From positions 15,862-79,861 of the forward strand of contig CAJVXY010000007.1 in assembly GCA_913009895.1 (NCBI GenBank): 64,000 bases of DNA, given 5' to 3'. Below, piece by piece: positions 44,492 through 54,947 of the stretch. The position numbers were made by a program, and so were the translations under genes. Source of the DNA: an uncultured Acidiferrobacteraceae bacterium (GTDB taxonomy: Bacteria > Pseudomonadota > Gammaproteobacteria > Acidiferrobacterales > SZUA-150). The notes beneath the pieces were generated by a model. It saw only the letters and a list, made by a program, of their open reading frames with translations, did no database searches and was not told the DNA's origin. Numbering within the stretch: position 1 is the stretch's first letter; each line of letters begins with the position of its first letter.

Positions 44492-44941
44492 GGCGCCCAG
44501 GGTGCCATCGGCCTGAATGTGGGCCAGCCGATTGCGGGTTTGGCCAGCCACGATGGTAAAATTGCCACCGATATACCAGCCGCCATTGCCATCGGCAACG
44601 GTGGCACGGATGGCGTCATTGACCTCGGGAAAACCGGTGGCGGTGATGCCGGTGGTCGCATCCAGGGACGCCCCCCGGCCGGTCACATAATGGACGCTGG
44701 TGAAACTGCCGCCAATATATGTGGTGCCAGCGCCGTCCCGGGCGATAGCATTCACGGTTCCATTGGTGCCAATGCGTAGGGCCGAGGGCAGGACGAGTCC
44801 GCCACCGCCACCACCATCACCGCCACTACTGCCACCACCACCGCAGGCAGCCAGAATAAAGATGAAAAAGAAGAGAAACCAGGCCTGACAGCGCCGGCGG
44901 CCTGGGCTTGTAGCATCGAGACAGGTGCGTATGAACATCAT
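43487..44941 (-). CDS. Lipoprotein with tandem 48-aa beta-propeller-like repeats
   Basis: Lipobox LAAC, Gly linker, 2 degenerate plus 7 near-identical WNPxAN..AIDGSTVYAGGxF..RNxLAA repeats. Confidence 0.85.
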   Translation of the reverse strand: MMFIRTCLDATSPGRRRCQAWFLFFFIFILAACGGGGSSGGDGGGGGGLVLPSALRIGTNGTVNAIARDGAGTTYIGGSFTSVHYVTGRGASLDATTGITATGFPEVNDAIRATVADGNGGWYIGGNFTIVAGQTRNRLAHIQADGTLGAWNPNANNAVWALAIDGSTVYASGLFTAIGGTVRNRLAAIGTDGVLSTAWNPDANNAVWALAIDGSTVYAGGDFTTIGGTVRNNLAAIGADGVLSTTWNPDANDGVWALAIDGSTVYAGGAFTTIGGTVRNRLAAIGTDGVLSTVWNPDANSTVSALAIDGSTVYAGGAFTAIGGTARNNLAAIGTDGVLSTAWNPNANNEVFALAIDGSTVYAGGDFTTIGGTVRNRLAAIGTDGVLSTAWNPNANSRVSALAIDGSTVYAGGFFNAIGGTARSRLAAIGTDGVLSTAWNPDANNAVWVLAIDGSTVYAGGAFTTIGGTARNRLAAIGMDGLLQ

Positions 44942-45256
44942 TTCATAATCCTTCGCGGGATAAATGGGGTTAGTCGTATTTGCAAAGACAAAGACTAGGA
45001 AATGATTGAGGTTATTGCAATAGAGCGCTGGTGAAATCAGGTGAATTACACCGCACATTTTATTTCATCCAGTCTACGTTTACTGTGATGACCGCATAAA
45101 AAAAAGAATATTGTGGTTGCCAATGCGTATAAAGTGCTGCCCCAGCGGCAATACTATTACAAACTTGGCGTGAATTTGAACAAAGAGCATGCTTTTGTCC
45201 TTGAAATGACAGTCGAAACAGGGGTAACGTTAAATCTACAGGAACATGAAACGGTG

Positions 45257-45303
45257 CAGTCAATGCAGGGTGAGCAGCCGCTTCCGGCGTCCCTGCCTGA
45301 CTG
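45257..45303 (+). promoter_or_regulatory. Structured element in nadA leader
   Basis: CAGTCA..GCAGGG..GCCG-CTTC-CGGC..CCCTGC.TGACTG nested stems, 38 nt before the ATG. Confidence 0.4.
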
Positions 45304-45341
45304 AGAGCGAGATTACTAAATTAGGGGTTATATAGACCGAG

Positions 45342-46445
45342 ATGGCAGCACACGCACTTATTTACGATGATTATGACTGCATTCCTGATGCGGAATGTGA
45401 GCAGCGTATTATTGATGCCAAGGCAGCGTTGGGGGAACGGCTCGTTATCCTCGGTCATCACTACCAGCGCGATGAGGTTTTTCGACACGCCGATTATACC
45501 GGTGACTCTTTAAAACTGTCTCGAATAGCGGCCGCATCAAAGGCCGATTATATTGTTTTTTGTGGCGTGCACTTCATGGCCGAAGTGGCCGATATCCTGT
45601 CCCGGGATAATCAAATGGCCATTTTGCCGGATTTGTCTGCCGGCTGCTCTATGGCTGATATGGCCAACCTGGCCAATGTCAACCGCGCCTGGCGGGAACT
45701 GAACACGGTGCTTGATGTTGAGTCCCAGGTCACCCCAATTACTTATATCAACTCGGCTGCAGACCTGAAGGCTTTCTGTGGCAAGCACGACGGTATTGTC
45801 TGCACCTCTACCAATGCCGGTGAGGTGATGCAATGGGCATTTGAGCAACGGGAAAAGATATTGTTTTTCCCCGATCAGCATTTGGGCAGGAATACCGGTT
45901 ACTCAAAACTGGATATTCCCCTGGCGGATATGGTGGTGTGGGACTTCGATCTGCCACTGGGCGGGCTTACCAAGGACCAAATTTTGAATGCCAGGCTGAT
46001 TCTTTGGAAAGGTTTTTGCTCAGTACACCAGGTATTCAAACCCGAACATATTACTGCTTTTCGTGCGCGCCACCCCCAGGGAAAAGTGATCTCCCATCCC
46101 GAGGCAAGTTTTGAGGTTTGCCAGTCCTCAGATTTTGTTGGCTCAACGGAATTTATTATTAGAACGGTTGCTGATTCGGCGCCGGGCAGCCATTGGCTGG
46201 TAGGGACTGAGCTCAACCTGGTGAATCGATTACAGGCCAACCACGCCCATGAAAATAAACATATCGAATTTATGTCGCCCACGGTCTGCATGTGTTCCAC
46301 CATGTTTCGTATCGATCCCCAACGCCTTGTCTGGACCCTGGAAAACCTGGTCGAAGGCAATGTGGTTAATCGTATTCATGTCAGCCAACAGGAAGCTGAG
46401 TTGGCCCGCCTGGCGCTGGATCGCATGTTGACGGTTTCTCACTGA
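45342..46445 (+). CDS. nadA: Quinolinate synthase
   Basis: GHHYQ, FCGVHFMAE, AGCSMA, YINS, FCSVH, HPE, CMCSTM (Fe-S Cys). Confidence 0.97.
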   Translation: MAAHALIYDDYDCIPDAECEQRIIDAKAALGERLVILGHHYQRDEVFRHADYTGDSLKLSRIAAASKADYIVFCGVHFMAEVADILSRDNQMAILPDLSAGCSMADMANLANVNRAWRELNTVLDVESQVTPITYINSAADLKAFCGKHDGIVCTSTNAGEVMQWAFEQREKILFFPDQHLGRNTGYSKLDIPLADMVVWDFDLPLGGLTKDQILNARLILWKGFCSVHQVFKPEHITAFRARHPQGKVISHPEASFEVCQSSDFVGSTEFIIRTVADSAPGSHWLVGTELNLVNRLQANHAHENKHIEFMSPTVCMCSTMFRIDPQRLVWTLENLVEGNVVNRIHVSQQEAELARLALDRMLTVSH

Positions 46446-46655
46446 AATTTTCACTGCCCCAATTTTCACACACCTTTTCTGGATCACTTTCCCGGGGCAT
46501 GGTTCAAATCCAGCCAGTTCCAAAATGCCTCGTTACTCGATTTTGTTTGGTCGTGCCGTCTGGTGCAATATTCGAGCTATGGTAAACTGCCAGCCATACC
46601 TAAATGAGGTATGCACGATAAACGAAATTAACTATTTTGAATTACGGGAGTAGTC

Positions 46656-47399
46656 ATGGCCGGTCACAGTAAATGGGCCAATATCCGGTTCCGCAAAGGC
46701 GCACAAGACGCCAAGCGCGGTAAAATATTTACCAAGCTTATACGAGAAATTACGGTCGCTACCCGTATGGGTGGTGGCGATTCCAGTGCCAATCCGCGCC
46801 TGCGCACGGCCATTGACAAGGCCCTTGGTCAAAATATGAACAAGGACAGGATCGAAAAAGCAATCCAAAGGGGCACAGGTGAAATTGAAGGCGCCCATTA
46901 CGAAGAAGCACGTTACGAAGGTTATGGCCCCAGCGGCGTCGCGGTCTTGGTAGAGTGCACCACTGATAACAAAAACCGGACCGTGAGCGAAGTGCGACAT
47001 GCCTTTTCCAAACATGGGGGCAATCTGGGCACCGATGGTTCGGTGGCATATTTGTTTAATCGATTGGGCATCCTGACTTATCCTGCTGGCAGTGATGAGG
47101 ACGCGATTATGGAGGCAGCCCTTGAGGCCGGGGCCGAAGATATTGTGACTGAAGATGACGGCACCATTGAGGTCACTATGCCGGCCGATCATTACCATGC
47201 CGTGCTGGCAGCGATGGGCACAGCAGGCCATGTACCCGAACATTCAGAAATAACAGAACGGGCAACCACTGAAACCAAACTGGACGCAGAAGGTGCCGAG
47301 AAAATGCTGCGCATGCTCGATGCCCTGGAGGAACTGGATGACGTACAGAACGTATTCAGTAATGCCGACATCCCTGAAGAGTTGCTGGAACCACAATAA
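46656..47399 (+). CDS. yebC: YebC/PmpR family protein
   Basis: MAGHSKWANI..YEGYGP..TDNKNRT..DDVQNV. Confidence 0.97.
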   Translation: MAGHSKWANIRFRKGAQDAKRGKIFTKLIREITVATRMGGGDSSANPRLRTAIDKALGQNMNKDRIEKAIQRGTGEIEGAHYEEARYEGYGPSGVAVLVECTTDNKNRTVSEVRHAFSKHGGNLGTDGSVAYLFNRLGILTYPAGSDEDAIMEAALEAGAEDIVTEDDGTIEVTMPADHYHAVLAAMGTAGHVPEHSEITERATTETKLDAEGAEKMLRMLDALEELDDVQNVFSNADIPEELLEPQ

Positions 47400-47402
47400 C
47401 CC

Positions 47403-47921
47403 ATGCGCATCCTTGGCATTGATCCCGGTTCCAGAGTGACAGGATTTGGTGTCATTAATACTGATGCTCGCGGCAAACCTGGCTACCATGCCAGTGGTTG
47501 TATTCGTATCCCCGCAACTGAATTACCAGCAAGGTTAAAAGTCATTTTTGACGGCATCACAGAATTAATCCAGTTACATGAACCTGATGTGGTGGCAATC
47601 GAGAAGGTGTTTATGGCCCGCAATGCTGATTCTGCCTTGAAGCTGGGGCAGGCCCGGGGGGCCGCGATTTGTGCGGCCACCCAACACGATTTGCCCGTGA
47701 CTGAATATACTGCCCTGCAGATTAAACAGGCCACCGTCGGTCGTGGTCACGCGGGCAAGGACCAGGTCACGCACATGGTGGTGGCGTTGCTTGGTCTATC
47801 TGCTGCGCCCCAGGTGGACGCGGCCGACGCACTGGCGTGCGCCATTTGCCATGCCCATCATCAGAAAGGCCAGGCGATGCTGGAGCAGGCATTACCACTG
47901 AATGCCGGACAGCATTCATGA
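47403..47921 (+). CDS. ruvC: Holliday junction resolvase RuvC
   Basis: [24 protein letters not shown]. Confidence 0.98.
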   Translation: MRILGIDPGSRVTGFGVINTDARGKPGYHASGCIRIPATELPARLKVIFDGITELIQLHEPDVVAIEKVFMARNADSALKLGQARGAAICAATQHDLPVTEYTALQIKQATVGRGHAGKDQVTHMVVALLGLSAAPQVDAADALACAICHAHHQKGQAMLEQALPLNAGQHS

Positions 47922-48520
47922 TTGGCCGCTTGCAAGGTGTGTTGCTGGTTAAAGAACCACCGTTGCTGCTGGTGGAGGTTGGCGGTGTGGGCTATGAGCT
48001 GGAGGCGCCCATGACCACGTTTTATGACTTGCCGGCAGTGGGCGAGAAAATCATTTTGCATACCCATATGGTGGTGCGGGAAGATGCCCAATTATTGTAT
48101 GGCTTCTCAAAATTATCCCAAAGGCGATTATTCAGGGATTTGCTTAAGGTCAATGGCGTGGGTCCGCGCATGGCATTGGCGGTTTTATCCGGTATGTCTG
48201 ACCAGGAATTTGCCGACTGTATCATTCGTGAAGATGTCACTCACTTAACCAAAATCCCGGGTGTTGGCCGAAAAACTGCGGAAAGATTAATTGTCGAAAT
48301 GCGGGACAAGATGACAGCGCTCAAGGCAACGGTGGCCTCCGCGACGGGTACCGTGACCCCTGCCGTTCAGGATCCAGTGAGTGAGGCTGTCAGCGCCCTG
48401 GTTTCACTAGGTTATAAATCCCAGGAGGCCAGTCGCCTGGTGCGGGCAGTGGACGCCAATGAGAAAACAACCGAACAAATTATTCGTGAAGCCTTAAAGA
48501 GCATGACAGGCGTCGCATGA
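47918..48520 (+). CDS. ruvA: Holliday junction DNA-binding protein RuvA
   Basis: [29 protein letters not shown]. Confidence 0.98.
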   Translation: MIGRLQGVLLVKEPPLLLVEVGGVGYELEAPMTTFYDLPAVGEKIILHTHMVVREDAQLLYGFSKLSQRRLFRDLLKVNGVGPRMALAVLSGMSDQEFADCIIREDVTHLTKIPGVGRKTAERLIVEMRDKMTALKATVASATGTVTPAVQDPVSEAVSALVSLGYKSQEASRLVRAVDANEKTTEQIIREALKSMTGVA

Positions 48521-48555
48521 GTATTAAAACGCAGCATGAATATTAATTCGATAAT

Positions 48556-49617
48556 ATGATTGAAAACGACAGATTAGTGTCAGCCCATGTGTTGGCTCAC
48601 GATGAAGAAGTGATGCAGGATCCAGGTCTGCGTCCTTTGAAGTTAACTGACTACATTGGTCAGCCCCATATCCACGAGCAGTTTGAGGTGTTTATCCCTG
48701 CTGCCCGGGCCCGTAAGGAAGCCCTGGATCACGTGCTGTTATTTGGTCCGCCCGGACTGGGTAAAACCACCCTGGCCCATATCATTGCCCACGAGATGGG
48801 ATCAAACCTGCGTTCGACTTCGGGTCCGGTACTGGAGCGGGCGGGGGATCTGGCTGCATTGTTGACCAATCTCGAGGCCCACGATGTTTTGTTCATTGAC
48901 GAAATTCACCGCCTGAGCCCCGTTGTCGAGGAAATACTCTACCCGGCCCTGGAAGACTACCAGCTGGATATCATAATCGGCGAAGGGCCGGCTGCCCGTT
49001 CCATTAAACTGGATCTGCCACCATTTACCCTGATTGGCGCCACAACCCGCGCCGGTTTACTGACCTCACCCCTGCGGGATCGTTTTGGTATTGTCCAGCG
49101 CCTGGAGTTTTACTCGCAACCGGATTTAGCCCATATCGTCAATCGCTCCGCGAGTATTCTCGGTATCAAGTCAGAACAAGCTGGTGTCGAGGCGATTGCC
49201 TCACGTTCCCGCGGTACACCCCGTATCGCCAATCGTTTATTAAGGCGGGCGCGAGATTATGCGGAGATTAAAGGAGACGGGGTACTGACCGGTGACATTG
49301 CCGCTGCGGCTTTAGACATGTTAGATGTAGACCCCAATGGCCTGGATACGCTGGACCGGAAATTCATGCTGACTTTACTGGAAAAATTTGATGGCGGGCC
49401 AGTGGGCATTGATAACCTGGCGGCGGCCATTGGGGAAGAAAAAGGCACGTTGGAGGATGTCATCGAACCTTACTTGATTCAACAGGGCTTGATCATGCGT
49501 ACCGCCCGTGGCCGACAGGCAACCCGCCATGCCTGGCAGTATTTTGGATTAAACATGACGAGTGATGCCAAGGGACAAAATGAATTGTTTGACAATGAAA
49601 ATGAAAGTATTAAATAA
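48556..49617 (+). CDS. ruvB: Holliday junction helicase RuvB
   Basis: [36 protein letters not shown]. Confidence 0.99.
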   Translation: MIENDRLVSAHVLAHDEEVMQDPGLRPLKLTDYIGQPHIHEQFEVFIPAARARKEALDHVLLFGPPGLGKTTLAHIIAHEMGSNLRSTSGPVLERAGDLAALLTNLEAHDVLFIDEIHRLSPVVEEILYPALEDYQLDIIIGEGPAARSIKLDLPPFTLIGATTRAGLLTSPLRDRFGIVQRLEFYSQPDLAHIVNRSASILGIKSEQAGVEAIASRSRGTPRIANRLLRRARDYAEIKGDGVLTGDIAAAALDMLDVDPNGLDTLDRKFMLTLLEKFDGGPVGIDNLAAAIGEEKGTLEDVIEPYLIQQGLIMRTARGRQATRHAWQYFGLNMTSDAKGQNELFDNENESIK

Positions 49618-49700
49618 ATTATCTTGTAACCATTTTATTTTGACCCTTTTTATTAAACCTGACGTTTACCTGTTATCAACCACAATACAGTCTGGCATAC

Positions 49701-50126
49701 GTGAAGTTCGTGAGTAATAGTGTTTTTTCCATTCCGGTGCGCATTTATTATGAAGACACTGATACTGGTGGCGTGGTTTATTACGCCAATTATTTGCGTT
49801 TTATGGAGCGTGCCCGCACTGACTGGTTGCGGCATCAGGGTTTTGAGCAAACAGCATTGGCAGATGAGCATCAAATCGTGCTGGCTGTGAAACAAGCCAA
49901 CATCAAATATATCAAACCGGCAAGACTGGATGATTCATTAGAAGTGAGCGCAAAAATAACCCGCATCGGCAGTGCCAGTATTACTTTTAACCAGCAGGTG
50001 AGCCGGGCCCGGGAATTGTTATGTGATGGCGAAGTCAGAATTGTTTGTCTGGACACAATAACATTCAGACCAAAAGCGATCCCGGATTTTTTCCTGGATA
50101 AAATACAGGTAGACCAGAATTCATAA
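49701..50126 (+). CDS. ybgC: Tol-Pal associated acyl-CoA thioesterase
   Basis: RIYYEDTDTGGVVYYANYL..ERART. Confidence 0.95.
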   Translation: MKFVSNSVFSIPVRIYYEDTDTGGVVYYANYLRFMERARTDWLRHQGFEQTALADEHQIVLAVKQANIKYIKPARLDDSLEVSAKITRIGSASITFNQQVSRARELLCDGEVRIVCLDTITFRPKAIPDFFLDKIQVDQNS

Positions 50127-50180
50127 TGAAAAAATTTAAACAAAAATTAGATTAATACAATTTAGTGATGGGAGTTAAGT

Positions 50181-50873
50181 ATGGTATCGGCCACTGAGGG
50201 CATCGAATTTTTTACACTGATCACGGAAGCCAGCCTGTTGGTGCAGTTGGTGATGTTATTACTATTAATAGCTTCACTCATGTCATGGACCATGATTTTC
50301 AGAAAATGGTTTGCCATCAAATGGGCTACACGGCAGGCCACACGTTTTGAAGATAAATTCTGGTCAGGCGGTAACTTGTCACAAATGTTCAGTGAACTTA
50401 CAGAGAAGGATTCACAGCCCACTGGCATGGCCAGTTTGTTCGTGGATGGGTTCAGGGAGTATCGACGACTGCAACAAGCCAATGCCCCGGCGGGTGATAT
50501 CCTCAGCGGTGTCCAACGCGCCATGCGGGTGGCCTTGATGCGCGAAGCCGATTACATGGAAACCAACCTTGCGTTTCTGGCGACCGTCGGCTCTACCAGC
50601 CCCTACGTGGGTTTATTTGGGACGGTTTGGGGTATTATGAACTCATTTCGATCATTGAGTCTTTCCCAGCAGGCTACAATCGCCCAGGTGGCGCCGGGCA
50701 TCGCCGAAGCACTGGTGGCCACGGCCATGGGTCTGTTTGCCGCAATCCCGGCAGTGATTGCTTATAATCGATATTCCAACCAGGTGGAACGGTTATTGAC
50801 CCGCTACGAGGTCTTTAGCGAGGAGTTTTCCAGTATCGTCCATCGTCAGGCCAGGAGTGAAAACAAGCCATGA
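50181..50873 (+). CDS. tolQ: TolQ
   Basis: SPYVGLFGTVWGIM..APGIAEALVATAMGL. Confidence 0.97.
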   Translation: MVSATEGIEFFTLITEASLLVQLVMLLLLIASLMSWTMIFRKWFAIKWATRQATRFEDKFWSGGNLSQMFSELTEKDSQPTGMASLFVDGFREYRRLQQANAPAGDILSGVQRAMRVALMREADYMETNLAFLATVGSTSPYVGLFGTVWGIMNSFRSLSLSQQATIAQVAPGIAEALVATAMGLFAAIPAVIAYNRYSNQVERLLTRYEVFSEEFSSIVHRQARSENKP

Positions 50874-51313
50874 CTGTGAGTTTGCGGCCTAAAAAACGCC
50901 TGATGAGCGAGATTAATGTCGTGCCCTACATTGATGTCATGCTGGTACTATTGGTAATTTTCATGATAACTGCGCCCCTGCTCACCCAGGGCATAAAAGT
51001 AGAGTTACCCCAGGCCTCGGCAAAACCGGTTGATACCCAGGACCAGGAAATCCTCGTGGTCACTGTCAATCGTAAGGGCAGGCTTTATCTTGATGACAGG
51101 AAAATTAGCAAAAAAAACTTAAAGAAAAAAGTGGCCAAAATATTAAAATTACGACCCAAAACACCGGTTGTCGTCCGCGGCGACAAACGTGTGGCCTATG
51201 GCAAAGTGATAGAGACTATGGTTTTGTTACAGGAGGCCGGGGTGCCGAATGTCGGTTTGGTTACCGAGAACCCACCAAACAATAGTTCAACAAACAGAAA
51301 AAAGCGTAAATGA
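50870..51313 (+). CDS. tolR: TolR
   Basis: SEINVVPYIDVMLVLLVIFMITAP. Confidence 0.97.
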   Translation: MTVSLRPKKRLMSEINVVPYIDVMLVLLVIFMITAPLLTQGIKVELPQASAKPVDTQDQEILVVTVNRKGRLYLDDRKISKKNLKKKVAKILKLRPKTPVVVRGDKRVAYGKVIETMVLLQEAGVPNVGLVTENPPNNSSTNRKKRK

Positions 51314-51398
51314 TTTGTTTAAATTCAGTCAGGTTTGATTTAGCTGATTTGTTTCAATAAAGTCTGATTTAGGTTGTTTGATTCGGAACGGGCCGTAA

Positions 51399-52133
51399 AT
51401 GATTGCAAGTAGAGAAAGGGTTACCAAAAAGGGGGGGTCACGCACCGGTGGACGCAAACCTATTTACTATTCAGTGGCAATCCATGTGGCCTTGCTGGTT
51501 TTATTGGCGATTAGTGTTCACTGGAGCTGGAAGGATGACAGCCCCGGGGTGATGAAGGCCAGGGTGATCGATATTAAACCTGCCAAACAAAAGACGATCG
51601 TAAAAACTGAAAAGAAAAAACAGGCCAATACCGAAAAAGAAAACAGGAAAAAACTGGAGAAAAAAAAGAAACAACAGGCGGCGCTGAAACTAAAAAAAGA
51701 AGCTGATCGTAAACGCACGGCCAAAAAAAAACGCAAACAGGAAGCTGAAGCGCGCAAACGTGTGGCTGAGCAGTCTCTGCAAGAAAGCCTGGTTGCAGAA
51801 GAAGCAGAACGTGTGGAAGCAGAGCGCCGGGCGCGGGCCAATGAATTTGCCGATAAGTACCGGGCCATTATTCGACAAAAGGTTAGTCGCAACTGGGTGC
51901 GGCCGGGCGGGTCAAGAAAAGGGCTCCAGGTCATAGTTCGGGTCAGGTTGCTCGCCAGCGGTGATGTGCTTGAAGTATCAATTATTCAATCAAGTGGGGA
52001 TGCATTATTTGATCGATCAGTAGAGAATGCAGTGCGCAAGGCATCACCATTACCAATACCGCAAGATAAGGATTTATTTGATTACTTCCGTGAAATTAAA
52101 TTTTTGTTTAATCCCGAGGACAATAGCCGTTAA
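51399..52133 (+). CDS. tolA: TolA (short form)
   Basis: SxxxH TM helix, K/E/A-rich helix, C-terminal SSGD..FDRS..A..KASPLP. Confidence 0.9.
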   Translation: MIASRERVTKKGGSRTGGRKPIYYSVAIHVALLVLLAISVHWSWKDDSPGVMKARVIDIKPAKQKTIVKTEKKKQANTEKENRKKLEKKKKQQAALKLKKEADRKRTAKKKRKQEAEARKRVAEQSLQESLVAEEAERVEAERRARANEFADKYRAIIRQKVSRNWVRPGGSRKGLQVIVRVRLLASGDVLEVSIIQSSGDALFDRSVENAVRKASPLPIPQDKDLFDYFREIKFLFNPEDNSR

Positions 52134-53464
52134 TGCGTAAAACACTTTCTATTATTTTTGTTTGTTTAATTAGTTGGCCCGCCCTGTCTCAGGCAATTTT
52201 AACGATAGAAATTACCCAGGGCGAAGCAACAGGACTGCCCATTGCCGTGGTTGAATTTGGCTGGAACAGTAAAGGCAAAGTGCCGCACCAGGTACCGCAA
52301 AATATTGGCCAGATAATTGAGTCTGATCTAAGGCGTAGCGGTAAATTTAACCCGGTTGCCCAAAAGGATTTTGTCTCCCAGCCCCATACCAATAGCGATG
52401 TGGTTTTCAAGGACTGGCGAATTGCCAGGGCCGAGGCATTGCTGATAGGCAATGTCACCGAAGTCTCAGGCAAACGTTACCAGGTTGAGTTCCGTTTATA
52501 CGACGTATTCAAACAAACCCAGTTGGCGGGTTTTCGCTATACCGTCTCGGCGGACATGTTGCGCCTGGTGGCCCACCAGATTAGCGACCTGGTCTACGAG
52601 AAATTGACTGGCGAGCCGGGCGCATTTACTGCCCAGATTGCTTATGTGACCAAGGAAACCCGTCGGCAACAGGGGCGTAACCGCGTTGTCTACAAGCTCC
52701 AGGTTGCGGATTCTGACGGATATGGCCCACGCACGGTGGTGACCTCAAAAGAGCCCCTGTTATCACCAAGCTGGTCTGTTGACGCCAGGCAGGTTGCTTA
52801 TGTTTCTTTTGAGCGCAAACGGCCGATTGTTTATATCCAAAATCTGGCATCGGGCAAACGACAAAAATTGTCCGGATTTAAGGGTATCAATAGCGCACCT
52901 GCATTCTCACCGGACGGTAAAAATATTGCATTAACATTATCAAAAGATGGCAATCCGGAGATATATGTCATGAATCTGGCCACTCGGCGCCTGCAACGGT
53001 TAACGAGAAACAGGGCCATTGACACCGAACCAGCCTGGTCTCCTGACGGCCAGCGTCTTGTTTTTACGTCTGATCGGGCAGGTAAACCCCAAATTTATAT
53101 GATGGATAGTGATGGCGGTAATGTCGAAAGAATGACCTTCGAGGGCGGTTATAATGCCCGCGCGTCATTTTCACCCGATGGCAAGAGATTAACACTGGTG
53201 ACGAGGGAAAATGGCAAGTATCATATCGGCGTGCTATATCTGAACGATCGATCATTGCATATGGTCACGGATACCCAATTGGATGAGTCGCCCAGTTTTT
53301 CACCCAATGGTGCCATAATCATTTATGCTACTGAAGTCAGGGGACGTGGCGTACTTGCCTCTGTATCATCAGATGGGCGAACGCGACAGTTATACCGATT
53401 CGAGACAGGTGATGTGAGAGAACCTGCTTGGTCACCAATTAACCAACAATTAAGATACCAATGA
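52133..53464 (+). CDS. tolB: TolB
   Basis: Signal peptide, PIAVV, PD40 repeats (SPDG). Confidence 0.97.
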   Translation: MRKTLSIIFVCLISWPALSQAILTIEITQGEATGLPIAVVEFGWNSKGKVPHQVPQNIGQIIESDLRRSGKFNPVAQKDFVSQPHTNSDVVFKDWRIARAEALLIGNVTEVSGKRYQVEFRLYDVFKQTQLAGFRYTVSADMLRLVAHQISDLVYEKLTGEPGAFTAQIAYVTKETRRQQGRNRVVYKLQVADSDGYGPRTVVTSKEPLLSPSWSVDARQVAYVSFERKRPIVYIQNLASGKRQKLSGFKGINSAPAFSPDGKNIALTLSKDGNPEIYVMNLATRRLQRLTRNRAIDTEPAWSPDGQRLVFTSDRAGKPQIYMMDSDGGNVERMTFEGGYNARASFSPDGKRLTLVTRENGKYHIGVLYLNDRSLHMVTDTQLDESPSFSPNGAIIIYATEVRGRGVLASVSSDGRTRQLYRFETGDVREPAWSPINQQLRYQ

Positions 53465-53476
53465 GAGGAGTAGGAG

Positions 53477-53956
53477 ATGAAAAAAGCAATTTGGATGATC
53501 CCTTTAACAATACTGGCACTTGGCCTGAGTAGTTGTGGCGGTGACGAGGCGGTAAAACCGGCAGTGGATGACCAATCTGGCGCCCAGACAACACCTGCAG
53601 ATACCGGCTCTTCAGCTGGTGCAGATTTATTGTCAGAACGCCGTGTTTACTTCGAATATGACAGCAGCGCTATCGATGGTGAATACGCAGCTATCGTTGA
53701 AGCCCATGCCAAACATTTATCCAGTAACACGAGCCTGAATGTAACGCTGGAAGGACATGCCGATGAGCGTGGTACCCGCGAATATAACCTGGCTCTAGGT
53801 GAAAGACGTGCCAAAGCGGTAGCCCGGATGATGAAAGCACTGGGTGTATCAGGCAGTCGTATCAATGTTGTTTCTTATGGTGAAGAAAAACCATTGGCAC
53901 TTGAGCATAATGAATCAGCATGGCGCCAGAATCGTCGTGTGGAAATAATTTATTAA
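53477..53956 (+). CDS. pal: Peptidoglycan-associated lipoprotein Pal
   Basis: Lipobox LSSC; GHADERGTREYNLALGERRA. Confidence 0.98.
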   Translation: MKKAIWMIPLTILALGLSSCGGDEAVKPAVDDQSGAQTTPADTGSSAGADLLSERRVYFEYDSSAIDGEYAAIVEAHAKHLSSNTSLNVTLEGHADERGTREYNLALGERRAKAVARMMKALGVSGSRINVVSYGEEKPLALEHNESAWRQNRRVEIIY

Positions 53957-54009
53957 GCACCAGTTTGCTTGATATTATTCTCAAACGTTTTTACTGTGGT
54001 ACTGACACT

Positions 54010-54930
54010 GTGATATCAAACAAGACACCGCGCAATTTTGCGCGGTGTTTTTTTTTGGTGATAGTTCTATTGGCTTGGCAGGGTGCAGTGTTTGCGATTG
54101 ATCGTTTGCCAGATCGCCGTAGCTCTAAACATTCTACTTCCAAGTCTGCCGCCTCATCTGCTTCTGGCCAGCTCTCGGCCTCATCCGAATCCCTGATTGA
54201 ATTGTTGGGCCAGGTGGACAGTCTCCAGAATGAACTTCAGGAATTGCGCAATCAATCCGAAGTGCAGGCCTACGAGATTGAACGGCTCAAGAAACAGCAG
54301 AAGGATGTGTTGCGGGATCTGGATCAAAGATTGGGGCGCCTGGAACGAGGCGAGAAAGGCACTGCCGGTGCCGGGATACCAGGTCCAACCGGGACCATAA
54401 GTATACTTGAACGGCCGTCAGGAAAGACAGGTACCGGTAGTGCCATCAGCAGCGGTACTAAATCGGCAAGTAAACCCGGGACAACAGGCAAGCGACCGGC
54501 AGCAAAACCACCTGGCACAAAAACCAAGCCAGCTTCACAGGCACAAAAAGAATACGATGCCGCTTTTGCATTATTAAAGCAGGGCTTGTATGAAAAGGCG
54601 GCCAAGTCTTTTCGATCATTCGTGAAACGCAATCCAAATCATAAGTTGGCTGGAAATGCCCAGTACTGGATCGGGGAAGCAAATTACGTCATGCGTAATT
54701 TTAAAGTTGCCCTGAAAGAATTTAAAAAAGTACCGGCCAATTATCCGAAAAGTAACAAAGTAGCTGATGCCGAATTAAAAATTGGTTATGTTTATTTTGA
54801 GATGGAAGACTGGAGCAAAGCGAGCAAGACATTAAAGAATGTAATCAAGTCTTACCCAAATACCCGGGTAGCAAAATATGCTGAAAACAGGCTTGCTAAA
54901 ATCAAAAAGAGCAAAAAAAAGAAAAAGTAA
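54010..54930 (+). CDS. cpoB: Cell division coordinator CpoB (YbgF)
   Basis: Signal peptide, coiled coil, TPRs (NAQYWIGE, DAELKIG); start at GTG 54010 is inferred. Confidence 0.9.
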   Translation: MISNKTPRNFARCFFLVIVLLAWQGAVFAIDRLPDRRSSKHSTSKSAASSASGQLSASSESLIELLGQVDSLQNELQELRNQSEVQAYEIERLKKQQKDVLRDLDQRLGRLERGEKGTAGAGIPGPTGTISILERPSGKTGTGSAISSGTKSASKPGTTGKRPAAKPPGTKTKPASQAQKEYDAAFALLKQGLYEKAAKSFRSFVKRNPNHKLAGNAQYWIGEANYVMRNFKVALKEFKKVPANYPKSNKVADAELKIGYVYFEMEDWSKASKTLKNVIKSYPNTRVAKYAENRLAKIKKSKKKKK

Positions 54931-54947
54931 TATTGTCTCCGCAATAA

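Noticed and set aside
51314-51398. Repeated TGATTT words between tolR and tolA
   Set aside because: Short, irregularly spaced and AT-rich; not distinguishable from low-complexity drift.
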